Origin: Squalus acanthias
Taxonomy: Eukaryota
Direction: 5' to 3'
DNA: 64,000 nt
Assembly: GCA_030390025.1 (NCBI GenBank)
Contig: CM059432.1
Coordinates: 20,710,001-20,774,000 of the forward strand
Part shown: positions 37,717 through 50,825 of the stretch, piece by piece
Position numbering within the stretch: position 1 is the first letter of the stretch
Layout of the letters: the number at the start of each line of letters is the position of its first letter
Notes under the pieces: generated by a model
What the model was told of the DNA's origin: nothing
Database searches by the model: none
What the model saw: only the letters and a program-made list of their open reading frames with translations
Position numbers and translations under genes: made by a program

Positions 37717-40700
37717 CCAAGGGTTTGGCGAGAATGAGGAACTTAAAAAAATTATTATTAGTAAAAAAACAGTACTAGCAAAATTAATGGGACTAAAAGT
37801 CGATAAATCCCACGGACCGGATGACCTACATCCTAGGGTTTTGAAAGAGGTGGCCATTGGGATAGTGGACGCATTGGTTGTCATCTTCCAAAATTCTATA
37901 GATTCTGGAAAGGTTCCTGCAGATTGGAGGATATCAAATGTAACCTTGCTATTTAAGAAAGGAGGGAGAGAGAAAATGGGGAACTACAGACCTGTTAGCC
38001 TCACATCAGTAGTTGGGAAAATGCTGGAATCTATTATAAAGGATGCAATAACTGGGCACTTAGAAACTAATACTGTAGTAAGATTGGGCAGAGTCAACAT
38101 GGATTTATGAAAGGGAAATCCTGTTTGACAAACCTATTGGAGTTCTTTGAGGATGTAACTAGTGGAGTAGACAAAGGGGAACCGGTAGATGTGGTGTATC
38201 TGGATTTACAGAAGGCCTTTGATAAGGTCCCACACAAGAAGTTGGTGAACAAAATTAGGGCACATGGAATTGAGGGTAATATACTGGCATGGATTGAGAA
38301 TTGGTTAACAGACAGAAAACAAAAAGTAGGGATAAACGGATCTTTTTCAGGATGGCAGGCTGTGACTAGTGGGGTACCGCAAGAATCGTTGCTTGGGCCC
38401 CAGCTATTCACAATCTATATCAATGATTTGGATGAGGGGACTAAATGTAACATTTCCAAATTTGCTGATGATACAAAGCTAGCTGGCAGTGTCAGTTGTG
38501 AAGAGGATGTGAATAGGCTTCAAGGGGATCTCAACAGGCTCAGTGAGTGGGCGGGAACATGGCAGATGGAATATAATGTGGATAAATGTGAAGTTATCCA
38601 CTTTGGTAGAAAAAACAGAAAGGCAGAGTAGTTCCTAAATGGTGAAAGATTGGGCAATGCAGATGCTCAGAGGGACCTGGGTGTCCTTGAACATGAGTCA
38701 CTGAAAGTGAATGTGCAGGTGCAGCAAGCCATTAGGTAGGGAAATGGTATGCTGGCCTTCATTACCAGAGGATTTGAGTACAGGAGTAAAGAAGTCTTAC
38801 TCCAATTATATAGGGCCTTAGTGAGACCACACCTGGAGTACTGTGTACAATTTTGGTCTCCTTACCTAAGGAAGGATATACTTGCCATAGAGGGAGTGCA
38901 ACGAAGGTTCACGAGATTGATTCCTGGGATGGCGGGACTGTCGCATGAGAAGAGATTGAGTAAACTAGGCCTGTATTCTCTTGAATTCAGAAGAATGAGA
39001 GGGGATCTCATTGAAGCATACAAAATTATTACAGGGCTTGATAAGGTGGATGCTGGGAGAATGTTTCTCTTGGCTGGGGAGTCTATAACCAGGGGCCACA
39101 GCCTCAGGATAAAGGTTAGGCCATTCAGGACTGAGATGAGAAGAAATTTCTTCATACTTCAAAGGGTGGTGAATCTTTGGAATTCTCTACCCCAGAGGGC
39201 TGCGGAGGCTCAGTCATTGGGTATATTCAAAACAGAAGTCAATAGATTTCTGACTAGTAAGGGCATCAAGGGATATGGCGATAGGGCCGGTGAATGGAGT
39301 TGAGGCAGAAGATCAGCCATGATCTCATTGAATGGCGGAGCAGGCTCGAAGGGCCGAATGGCCTACTCCTGCTCCTATTTCTCATGTTCTTATGTTCTTA
39401 TGTAACAGAAGTTCTGCTAAAGATCCTTAGGTCTATTGACAAAAGGATCAATGATACAGTAATGAGTTTGCCAGTGTGCTATTGATAAGCAAAAGAGAAT
39501 CTAATATATATGTTTTAACAGCATAACACTGATTTTTCAAAGACTGCCTTCTTGAAAGTGCTTGTCCAAGCTTTTTAAAAAAACACTTATTACATATACA
39601 CAGGGCTATAATGTAAATCACATCCTGTGTCACTTGTGTGTGACATTTCATTGTGACTAGAATCATGGACTGTTCTGTTGTCGCTTCTTCCTTGCCAAAC
39701 GAAAGTTGGCAAGCCACTTATTCATGAAAACTGTGCATCTTTGAGAGAAAATAACTGGCAGAGTTCAAAGCGTTATTGTTCAGGGTGTCCCATCACACTT
39801 GACCTACAGTGTAACACTGTTCATTGAAGATCTTCTACGGGTCTTTGCCTCATGGCCAATGTGTATTTGATGAAGTTAATTCATTATTATTAGATATCAA
39901 TATTTGCGATCAGATTATGATTTATCATTGTTGAATGTGGCGCTTTTCTCTGAAGCTCAGAATTTTTTCCCTCAACGACTGGAGATTGCATTTTATCCAA
40001 CATTAAATTATGCTCCCCCCCACCGACCACTTATGAAGCAAGTGACAGTGATCTTTTATTGTAAGCTACATTTTCATACAGGGCTATTTTTTGATGGCTA
40101 GTTGCTCAAGCAGTGATTTTACTGTGAGCTCCATGGACTTTCCCCCATTTATTTCTGTGAGACTAATAACAATTGCTCTCCATCAGGCGTATTAGACGGT
40201 AGAAAACCAAACAGAAATCGCTGCACGTCAGGTTACTGCATGTAAGGCTATATTTATGCCATGAAGAAGTTAGAATTTGTATTTCTTTTATTGATTTCAA
40301 TTTTAGCTTCAGAATGACTTTCCCTAGTTTGACACACAGCACCAGTACTTAAGATGTCATGCAGTGTCATTAACATTTATGAAAGGGTATTTCAGTACTT
40401 GGAGGAGTTTGAGACAACGACACCAATGCTCCCATTAAATGCATGCTTTACACATGAACAGAGCATCTCGTCAACAATCTCAAATTCCTGTGGTACGCAC
40501 AGCCTGAATTGAAGCGGACACATTTGTACAACAACTGTAGTACTTCAATATGTGGGGAAATGTTAGCAAAATGAACAGCAATGCAAACATGAGAAGAATG
40601 GAATGCAAAAAGAAAGCCATTCACCTATTGGGACTACTCATTCTAGCAGATCAAATCCAATATACTTGTCATAGACTCTCCTTGGTTTACTTTGTCTGCT

Positions 40701-40959
40701 GAAGGAGTTGAATAGCCATTTGTTAAAAAAACTGTAAACATTTCTCGCTTACTGGTGAATTAAGTAAAGGCTCCAGAAATCAGCCTAATGCGACAATGAA
40801 TGTTCAACTTGACAAACTGTTGCACAAATGGTTGCACAAATGACATTCCTACAGTCCCACTAGGACTGGAACCATCGTATGCCATAAAATATATGATTAA
40901 TTGCCCATATACTTAATTCTATAAATTTTCATCTTCTGGTGCATTACAATTAACCTCTA

Positions 40960-41190
40960 TGCTCCTTGGGTTAAGGAGAAGAAAATAAATAGTCAGAGGT
41001 CTTGCTCTTGCTCGTTATCCAGTGATTACTGCTAGGAAATGCTTATGTGTGGACATTTCGTGAGGACAGGATTGGGACTTGGAAGTGATGCCTCTCATAG
41101 AAATACTTGCCAACACTTGTTGTCTGGGTTCATACATGAAGAATGGCCACGTGATCAGGATGCTGGATGACTGCTTTCCCCTGTGGAACT
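40960..41190 (+). mobile_element. Ancient SINE (AmnSINE2-like, tentative)
   Basis: TATCCAGTGA...GTGAGGACAGGATTGGG...CATGAAGAATGGCCAC. Confidence 0.55.
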
Positions 41191-41819
41191 GCAAGACAAA
41201 ATCAAGAAAAAGGTACTTCTATCCCATTTACTTCCAGATATTTGTCAGACAACTGCACTAAAACCGTATGGCACCAAGTTAGATATAATATCAGCCAGGC
41301 TGCAGCATGGACATGTATTCATCAAGTGCCCCGGACCAGTCATTGCTTCCCCTTTCATGGACCCATGGACTGGAGCTCTGGTGACAGTAGGGGACAGAAG
41401 AGATAACATCTTTCCTCGGACAACCTGGGAGATGGGATGCAGGCTGCCGTCTCTCGGGGCTTTGAGTAGCTGATAGCTGCCATTAGACAGCCAGCCCGCT
41501 GATCAGTGGGAACAGATCCAGGACCTTGTAGAATGGTGACAGCTGGAGGTGACTTGCACGAGGCTGCTGTTTCTCAAGGCAGCAGCACATGCCAGGCCTC
41601 TGGCTCTCCCTCTCAGAACACCATGTTGGAGGTGACACCAGGCTGTCCAGGAAAAAGCTCCAGTGATGTAGCCAACAACAGCGCACTCCCAAAAGCAAGC
41701 TGCCAAGAGAGGCAGGCCACCTCAGTCCCATGAGCCTTTTATTGTACAGGAGCAGCTAAACACCTGGGCATAATACCGAGCTGTCGGGGTAGAGGATCTT
41801 GGCCGTGGGTCCTGCTTGT

Positions 41820-41941
41820 TATTAAAAACCCAACCACTTTGCTAATGTTCTTCAGGAATAAACCTGCCATTCCTACCTGGTCTATCCTACACTATGTGGT
41901 TGACTCTTAATGCCCTCAGGGATCGGTAATAAATACTGGCC
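41820..41941 (+). mobile_element. Head-tail (bipartite) derivative of the 26566-29988 LINE
   Basis: ATGTGGTTGACTCTTAATGCCCTC (LINE 5' part, 26788) joined directly to AGGGATCGGTAATAAATACTGGCC (LINE 3' end, 29923). Confidence 0.7.
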
Positions 41942-42370
41942 TGGAATTCGGAGCAATGGCGATCTTGGCGATGAATGTTATAAATTAGACCGCTATGTGC
42001 CTTGATATTCCAGTGACAAATTTACGCCAAAATTTGCTGGAGATCTGATTACAATATGCCGCAACAAGCAGACCAGTAAATTTGAAGCAGCACGGCCAAT
42101 AACCAGTTGATACCACCACTTACATTCCTATTAATGGAGCAGTGAAATAAAGTCATATCCCTCTGAATGATACTTCTAATTTAAATGTTAAACATGGCAC
42201 ATGAAGCATTCCATTGTGGCAAATTATAACTATTTAGGTTATGGCATTAGTGATATTAATTACTCTTGGTATTATTTAAACTATACTTTTATTAATTGAA
42301 ATATTTCTAGGAAATGCTTAGGTTTTGATATGTTGTGCCTAGTACTTTCTTGTCATAGAATAAACATTAG

Positions 42371-42841
42371 GGGCTGGATTTTGAATGACCCATGGAGTCA
42401 GGTTTGGAGGCGTGTGGGGGGTTAAATTTGCGGGGTCGGGGTTTCCGACCCCATCCCGACTCCATCCCGCCTCCACGCAATTTTGACATAATCAGTCGCA
42501 GGGTTCCCGACTCCGTCCCGCCTTCAAGAGGCGGGAGAGGCCATTAAAGCCCTTAACAAGCTCTAAATTGGCTCTGTAATGCCATTTTGAAACGCTGTAG
42601 CTAGTTTAACCCTCTTCTGACGTGAAGCACGCCTGGTGTGAAACACTCCAGTGAAACCTGGCGGGAGCACAAGTGGATAGCTGACTATCGGCTGCAGGTC
42701 CACTATTACAACGGAGATGTGGTGAAGGTAGTAGTAGTAGTATTAGGTCTGAACGTCGCCTCTGATGCTGCTGCATTGAATGTCTTCAAAGACTGCCTGG
42801 GAGGACTTGCTAGGCAAAAAAATTCTCTCTCTCTCTCTCTC

Positions 42842-42873
<32 letters not shown>

Positions 42874-43158
42874 CCCAACACCCCCCCATTTTTGCATCCA
42901 GGTCCACTCACATCAAAAGCCAGGCAGGTCCTCTGTCACCAACAGTCTCTGAGACTAGACAGTCAGCAATGATGACATCATCAGAGGCGCCTTTCAGACT
43001 GAAAACACTAATTAGTTCATGGGTTCCCACATGCTCCAACTCAATTGCCCAATTAAGTGAAAATTGCATCAGGCATCCACATTAATCTGGAGTCGGGGGG
43101 GGAAACACGAAATGCGGATTACACGACCCCAACCCGACCCCAAGACAAAATCCAGCCC
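42371..43158. mobile_element. Harbinger-type non-autonomous TIR element (family B)
   Basis: GGGCTGGATTTTG / CAAAATCCAGCCC, TSD TAG/TAG; internal (TC)n at 42823-42872. Confidence 0.9.
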
Positions 43159-44621
43159 TAGGTGTCTAGATATTCTGCTTGCATTGTTTAAAATTCTTCT
43201 TGAAATTGGATGGAAATCATGTACTTGTGCTTCTGTTCCCCCCGGCCGTAAACTTGTTGAGTTGGCTTGCACCACAGAATAAAGGAAGAGAAAATGCCAT
43301 TGACTTTGTCTGATGCAAAGTCCTTGGTCAAATGGGGCTGATGCCTTCCTCTGAGTCCTTTCTTTTCAATATAAAGACACAAATTCACAGGTTTCTGTAA
43401 GGAAAGTAATAAGAAGACAGATTTTTTGAAGCCTTTGTGCGAGAGAGACTGGCTTTGAAATCAGTCCTGCACTTTCCAACATTTCACTATTTTTATTAGC
43501 ATTGCGAACACTAAAGTGCTCTCCTGTGAAGGTAGGAAAAGCAATGAATCATGCCTCACACAATCACAAGCAGCATTGAAATCAGTATTGGTGGAAAGGT
43601 ATCAAGCAATCAGGACTTTGAGTGCTTAAAACCCCTTTTAAAAGAGTGAAACTCCATATAGGACAAACGTTTTAATGGGGCGGTGCGACAAAATGTTTAG
43701 CACTTCTGATGTAGACCAATGAAGGCAGTGACTGGAAACTAATGGCCAGTCCCAATATCCCAAAACTATTCATTTCCAATATTTTTTCTATTTTCAGAGG
43801 ATCTTAGTTGGATGAGTACCTCAATTCCTGATTAACGCAAACAATTATTTATTAGTGTAGACTTTTAATTTCAGATATCTTCGTCTATGCGTTGAGTCAT
43901 GTAACAAAAAGGTGCTGCTGTCTGCGACCAAAGTTTGGCTTGGATTCATGGAGTCGGAAGGCGTGGATATATCTCACAGAGGATCAGGCTGATTCCAAAG
44001 GCGACAGCTTTGTATTGATTAAGTTGAGATCGGGATTGCTTAGATCGTTTCCCAGTTATGTTCATCCCATGCTAATTTGGGTCAATAGGCAATAGTTGGT
44101 GTGTGGCCTATGGCAAGCTCTGCAAAACTCCCAAACCTTGGGAAATAAAACAACGTACTTTCTCAAATACCAGTCCAAACATTATGCCACTGCCAGGTCT
44201 CCAAAGTCATTATTTTTCATTCTAAGTGGCAGTGGTGTTAAGAATGGTTTAAATGCTGCAAATTCACGATCACCATTGATTTTGATGGGTGTGGAGCTGT
44301 TATAATTACCTCCTAGCTGTTTTCAGTGAGGGCTAATGGATGCAGAAGTCCCAACAAATTATGGCATAAGTCACTCGTGCCATTCTTCGCTGGAATTTTT
44401 GCACCATTGTAATGGTATACGCGATGGAATGGTGCAAGTTTTCAGCAAATTCAAGCCCATTGCCTTTTAAGAGTTACCCACATTCCAAGAAAAACAAATC
44501 AATGTTATAGCTGCTGGTTCCGAGATGTTCCCCCAACGCTTATATTCTACAAATACTTGCTTAACATAATTCCTCGAACTAGATGCAGTACTGCTCCTTC
44601 AATGTTGGGATTAGAAACAAT

Positions 44622-45014
44622 GACCCCAAAATTATTTGGATTGTGATGCTGGCCATTATCTCCTCAGTCCCCTGAGCAAAGGGCCAAATTTCAAATCTGG
44701 TGGTCTGTGGTGGGGTACTAGACTGCTTGCCTGGCCTAGACTCCACCACTCGGGCCCGGTACTACAACACCAGGTTCTGATTTAGGATCAGGAGTACGAA
44801 CCTTTGGATTAGGGAGTCCCTGCTCTTGGTAGTGCCCCCTGCCCATTCATTTGCCTTGTAAGGGGCAGATTGAAGTTCTGTCCCTTACATGCCATTGGGG
44901 AATTTCTCTGAAATGACGGAAACCTGGTTAAGCCTATCTCCTCTCATTTTCCTGGAGGTTCTGCTGGTGCAGTTACAATGGGAAACCGGCAAAATCCCCA
45001 TGGAATTTCAGGGG
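44622..45014. mobile_element. Old Harbinger-type TIR element
   Basis: GACCCCAAAATT / AATTTCAGGGGC with AAT/AAT flanks. Confidence 0.45.
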
Positions 45015-45391
45015 CAATGTTCCTTCATCTTCAATCTTAGAACCACTCCATACTGCAGTGTGTGAGAGCTTGATTTCCAAGACCAGTTAGCAGTCTAATC
45101 TCGCCGTGCCGATTTGTGATGATTGATGGGCAGTTGTCTGCTATGCTCTTTGTATAAGTCTGATTCTTTGCACCTATTAGCCATACGATACGTTTAGCCT
45201 AGAATTTTTGTATTTTGAGATAGATATTTGACTTATGCTGGGCTATCGCTCTACATGGACTGTGAACCTACTGGTACCTCATTCAAGTAGCCATTCTTCA
45301 TGCATAAGCTGGACAGGAAGCATTCAGACTAATCGAATGCGGGGAATCACTACAGTGGGCAATTCTATTCACATATGTGCTTTCCAGTAGA

Positions 45392-45705
45392 GAAGATGCT
45401 TCCACTTTGTGGGGGAGACCAAAACTAAAGGGCCATAAATATAAGATAGTAAATCCAATAGAGAATTGAAGAGGAACTTCTTTACTCAGAGAGTGGATAG
45501 AATGTGGAACCCGCTACCACAAGGCATAGTTGAGGCGAATAGCATAGATGCCTCTTAGGGAAAGCTAGATAAGTACATGAGGGAGAAAGGAATAGAAGGA
45601 TATGCAGATAGGGCAAGCTTAAGTAGGCTCTTGTAGAGCATAAACACTGGCACAGACCAGTTGGACCGAATGGCCTGTTTCTGTGCTGTAAATTCAATGT
45701 AATGT
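45392..45705 (+). mobile_element. CR1 3' fragment
   Basis: AGGAACTTCTTTACTCAGAGAGTGG...GACCGAATGGCCTGTTTCTGTGCTGTA. Confidence 0.85.
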
Positions 45706-46274
45706 AGTTCGTTTTCAAGTTCTGTTTACTGGAACGATTTAATTTTGTTATTACCATTTATTTTTGCAGTGTCACATTTGCCACACTGCTAAACAGGCTA
45801 GCTATCTAATTTGACTTCCTTGAATACTCATACTTCAACATTTCTGCAAGCAATCACATTTAATCTTGTGGTTGACTAGCGAGTGTGACAAAATCTCCTG
45901 ATAGGACAATTGCATTTATGCAAGATTACTGAGTTGTGCAAAGGAGGTGAAGGCAGTAATATCTTCCATAGCAGATAAATGATGGCAACCATGTGGCACA
46001 TACATTCAAAATGATAACAAGTAGAAGATGTAAAACAACTGTTTACAAACAGTGCTCAAAAGCAAGAAACCGTACAGTATGACCTATTTAACACGCTGTG
46101 GCCTACTTAATTGCATCAACGTCTGAAGACTTGATTGAAAAAAAAAATCACATGACATTTTATGTAAATATTAAGCACTCATTGAACATATTTATATCTG
46201 CAATTTATTGATTTGCAGGAGATTTTAATCTTCAGATTGCTTCCAGTCCCTCGTTATCTCGTGTTTCCACTCCT

Positions 46275-46640
46275 ATAATTCTCCCCAGTTTTGTCCTTCC
46301 TCTCGAAGTATTTAATCATCCTGGATTAGGGGATACTGGTCATCTTGTGGTACCTCAGCCATGTGGCAGTTCTTCACGTGTAAGCCTAGATATCAAGCAC
46401 TGAAGACTATTCAACCATGAGAGAATTTGCAGCTGTTGTCCAAACTGACACATTTTCCAGCTAAAGATCACGAAATGGCAATCATGAGTGGCATTTTTGG
46501 TTTATTTTCCCACTTCTTATCCTGAGGGACCAAAGCCAATTGTATTGTTCAACCAAGGCCCCCGTTAATATTAGCTAACTAAGCACAAACTGAGAATTGC
46601 AGCTGGGATCTTCCTGAGCAGTACGGCTCAGTTACACACT
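46275..46640 (-). mobile_element. Ancient SINE (AmnSINE2-like, tentative)
   Basis: GTACCTCAGCCATGTGGCAGTTCTTCACGTGTAAGCCTAGA...CCAATTGTA...AGCTAACT. Confidence 0.5.
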
Positions 46641-46831
46641 GGGTAGTCCAATGTGCAGAGAGTGGGAAATAAATTGTGGAGATGGGACGCAATTAATTTA
46701 ACACATAATATGGTATGAATTGGTTATCGCCCAGTTTCGAGCTTGTAACCAGTGGCACGGGTCAGTGCCTTCCAAACCAGGAGTCCAAGGCCATCCCGAA
46801 ATTGGATTTCAGGCTTCATTTACATTAACAG

Positions 46832-47232
46832 AAGAAAGAAAGAATTGCATTTATATAGTGCCTTTCACAACCTCAGGATGTCCCAAAGCGCTTTACAGAC
46901 AACGAAGTACTTTTGAAATGTAGTCAAGAAATGCGGCAGCTAATTTGCGCACTGCAAGGTCCCACAGACAGCAATGTGATAATGAGCGCATAATCTGTTT
47001 TAGTGAGGGATGAATATTGGCCAGGACACCAGGGAGAACTCCCCAGCTCTCTTTCAAAATAATGCCATGTGATCTTTAACATCCACCTGAGTGGGCAGAT
47101 GGGGCCTCGGTTTAATGTCTCATCTGAAAGACAATACCTCCGACAGTGCAGCACTCTAGTACTACACTGGACTGTTACCAAGAATTTGTGCTCAAGTTGG
47201 TGGAGTGGGACTTGAACCCACAATCTTCTGAG
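46832..47232 (-). mobile_element. DeuSINE (SacSINE1-like)
   Basis: TTGCATTTATATAG tail through GTGGGACTTGAACCC (reversed B box). Confidence 0.85.
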
Positions 47233-47239
47233 CCATGAC

Positions 47240-47715
47240 TAAAACACATTTAATCAACATTTAAACAAGATTGTTTAAGCGGGCTGCCATCAAGCCACGG
47301 GAATGGTCCACTGCAGTGGTGGGAGCGGGAGGTGATCGGGGGAGGAAGGGGGAAGCCCAGGTAAAAGGACGGGGTGGGAGACCCAAGATTTCCTTGTGGG
47401 GCCCGCAGGAGTACTCCTGCTCCTGGCCCACAAGGCAACCTATTTTTTTTTAATGTACCTGCCTGGGCCTCTTCTGGCCTGCGACCGCCCCCGCCCCCCC
47501 CCCCCTTGGGTTTGACCTGACGGGGAAGCCATTACTGCTCCTCCGCTCAGGCCTTGGACTAAAATTGCAATCGGGTCATGATGATGTCAAAAGAACAGGT
47601 TAATATTGGTGCCCGATAGGAAAGACCGCACAGGGGGTAAATCGCTACACTTATTTTACCTGCACACCCCATCAGATTTCCGCCAGATTGGGGGGTGGGC
47701 AGTTAAAATCGGGGC
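47240..47715. mobile_element. GC-rich TIR-element remnant
   Basis: Right terminus AAAATCGGGGCC; GGAGTACTCCTGCTCCTGGCCCACAAGG is shared (reversed) with 57300-58028. Confidence 0.5.
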
Positions 47716-47734
47716 CAAGTATTTTACAAGTACA

Positions 47735-48600
47735 TTAGTAAAAAATTATTATTAAAAGAAAGGGACTCCTGAGCGGAGAGGAATGTCGATATGTAGATGA
47801 TAAACAAAAAATGGTGGAGGTATTTAATAAGTACTTTGCTAAAAAGAACATCGGAGAAGAGATGAATTCTGAACTGGATGAGAACAAAATGAACAACACT
47901 ATGATGGATAGAAGGAAAATTTCAGATAAGCTAGTTAAGCTAAAATAAAAAACAAAGCACCAGGTGAGATGCATTTAAGGATCCTGAGGGAGATGAAGGA
48001 GAAAATTGCAGAGGTCCTAGAAATTATATTTTAGGGCTCTATTGAATGCAGATATGTGCCTGAGGATGGGAGAGTGGCCAATATAGTAGCCATTTTAATA
48101 GAGCTAATCTGTGTAACGTCTTTGCTGGGGAGATTTAAGGATGAAATTGCCACATATCTAGATCAAGAGAAAAATAGAAGTAGACAGCGTGGACTTCAAA
48201 ATGGACAATTGTGCTTGACAAACTTCAGAATTTTTTGAGGCGGTACTAGGCATGGGAAATGGGGGAAATACAGTGGATGTAGTGTACATAGACTTTGGGA
48301 AAGCCTTTGACAAGGTACCACATATGTGATCACTGGAGAATATTAAGGGGTATGGAATTAGTGATTACAAGAGAATATTAAGTGGTATGAAATTAGGAGG
48401 AGGATAGCAAACTAGATTTAAAAATTGGTTCGAAGGGAGAAAACAGAAAGTAGAAGTTGAGGGCAGTTTTTCTAGAGTAGTTGGAAGTGGGCGTCCCACA
48501 GGGTTCAGTCCTAGGGCCATATCTGTTCACTGTGTGTATCAGTGACTTGGAAATAAGTCTAGAGGGAGTGGTGTTGTAAATTGAAGATGATATCAAAATG
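47735..48600 (+). mobile_element. Old CR1 RT fragment
   Basis: AAAGCCTTTGACAAGGTACCACAT (KAFDKVPH), GTCCCACAGGGTTCAGTCCTAGGGCCA (VPQGSVLGP). Confidence 0.8.
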
Positions 48601-49808
48601 TGAGAATATCAAAATGTGAGAGGGCTGACATGAGCTCAGATATTGGCTGTACAATACTCCTCTATCTGATTAAACTGGCGAGGATGAAGCAAGACTGACA
48701 CGCTCCTACATACCTTCTGCTCCTAATTCCCCTCCCCCTTCTAAGTCCAACTTCCTTGGCATCAATCCTGTAAACACGAAGATCATGATGAGCATATTGA
48801 TTCCCTCAGAGCAACTCTTCTAGGGCTGCTCTCAGTCCTTAAGGATGGCCTATAGTGTATAGATTAGCACAGATCTAACTGCTAACAGTGGGAAGATGCG
48901 TTCTTCTACTGTGGTGAATCCCCTGCCCTTTCCATTATAAACATAAACTGAGCACCTTGTGCATAATACCAGTTAAAGTGGTGATGTGAGGCCTCTGCCT
49001 AGAACTAGGTCCGTATCCTCTCCCTGAGTCCCATCAAAAAAATCTTTGAGCATTACTGAGACCAAATAACCTCTTTAAACATTGTTACAATTGACACTTC
49101 CTTTATCGCTATTAAATTGTTCCAGATAGATTGAATGCTTCTAATGAAAATTTGGAGAATGGGAGATACTTTAATAAACTGTAGTTCATTTTTTCACTGC
49201 TTGATTCTAATTCTCCAATCTTGCCACGCTTAAGAGTTATAACTTGACGCTTTTCCATCTTTCTGCTGTGAAGGTTTCAGTAAATTGCCTGCATGATTGG
49301 CATGAATTTATATTTAGGTTTACACTTTAATGTATAGAGTCAGTAAAGTTTCATAGCAGTGTCTACATAAGGAACAAATGGAGCAGATAATATTCCATTT
49401 AAACATCACTAAAAATGAGCATTTAATAAAAGCAAGATCTTTTTGATTTTGTGCTGACTTGGCAATTCATTTACTTTCTGTAGTTAATCTCCTCCACCTC
49501 CCACCGCCCGCCCCCTCACCCCCACATAATCCCTTCCCTCTCATAAAGCGGATGCATGGCTAGCAGGAATACAAACCAAGTGATTCTCAGTTGGGGATTG
49601 ATTGTACATTATGAAAGCAGTTGCAAATCATCTGTAACTATTTAAGAATTTGTTTAAAACTAAGATTACTCAGCAGGAAAGCTTTGGGAAAGTAACTGGC
49701 AGTTAATGGAATTAATGGAAGCAATCACTGAAAATATAAAGCAATCTCTTTATACTCAAAGAAATATATGTTTGTTTCAATATTGGTGCAGTTGTACATT
49801 TGAAAAAA

Positions 49809-50310
49809 AAGCCTGAAATTCTCTATCCGGACCAAGGATAGAGAGCGGGTGGCTCACTCATTGGCAGCTGGACTTACGGGCTGGAACCCGATTCCAGTGG
49901 GAATCAACCCCATTTCTTACTGATCGCCATTTTCCAGTAAAGAAAGGGGGAGTGCGCTTCCTCTACGCAACTCCCATATCAAGGGGGCGGTCTGGTGGAG
50001 TTCACAGGCAACCCCAGGAATTCCACCCACTATGCCCTTATAAGGGCGCAGCAGAACAGACATGGGTTTTGCTGAGGCCCCACACCTTTAGCATGGCATC
50101 CGAGGATCTCAGATTGTTTGACTGTGGGCTGCTCTGCTTTACAAGGGTGGATTGGGGTGGGCATCAATCGGCCGGTGGTCTGCCCAGACTATGGTAATGA
50201 CCCCAACTCTGCAAATTGGGATGGGGCCCATGATCTTATAATTTGGAGAACAGGCATTCCACTCCTCTGCACTTACGCTGGCAGAGCAGGACCCAATGAA
50301 TTTCAGGCCC
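49809..50310. mobile_element. Old Harbinger-type TIR element
   Basis: GCCTGAAATTC (49811) / GAATTTCAGGC (50298) inverted termini; TSD not resolved. Confidence 0.5.
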
Positions 50311-50825
50311 ACGGTGTTTATTTGGAGCATACATGTTTAATAACATAAATGGGCAGAGAGTCCTCTGCCCTGGTTGGAGTAGTAGAAGGCTGGAAACTTC
50401 TAGTTTGTGCTGATGCTAATTTAAACTATTTTTAGGGAAGTTTAGGGAAGACAAGGTTGTGCAACGATGGCAACCAGTTTTGGTGTGCATCATTCCCAGC
50501 CTTAGGTAGTCTCACAACACTTTACTTCCACGCTGGGTGAAGTGTAACAGCAATATTGTGCAAACAAAAGTTTAAAAAGTTAACCACCTGAAATTCTGGT
50601 GGGATGGAAGGGTGAAAGTATAGCGTTTCACCTAAGGGGGTGGTGGGTCTGAAATTTGGGATGGAACCTGGATGTGCTGGTTTTCCACCCTATTTATGCT
50701 TAAATTCCAGGGGGACTCCTCCCCTTCCAGCTAGATAAGACTTTGTGGGCATGTCTGTAGCCACTCCCAGGTTATCCTGGGAATTCTGTTGAGCATGTGC
50801 CTCTGAGCTTCCTGCCTGACCCTTT

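Larger units (their letters stand above)
34436..39402 (+). mobile_element. CR1 LINE (end of ORF1 region + full ORF2, decayed) carrying four nested insertions
   Basis: EN from ~34815 (YDIIAITETWL), RT ORFs 37787-39303, (TTCTTATG)n tail. Confidence 0.93.

Noticed and set aside
41183..41733. ORF cluster as host exon or retrocopy
   Set aside because: No recognisable domain or splice structure; origin unresolved
43876..44095. Candidate exon after TTTCAG
   Set aside because: No recognisable peptide in any frame and no clear donor
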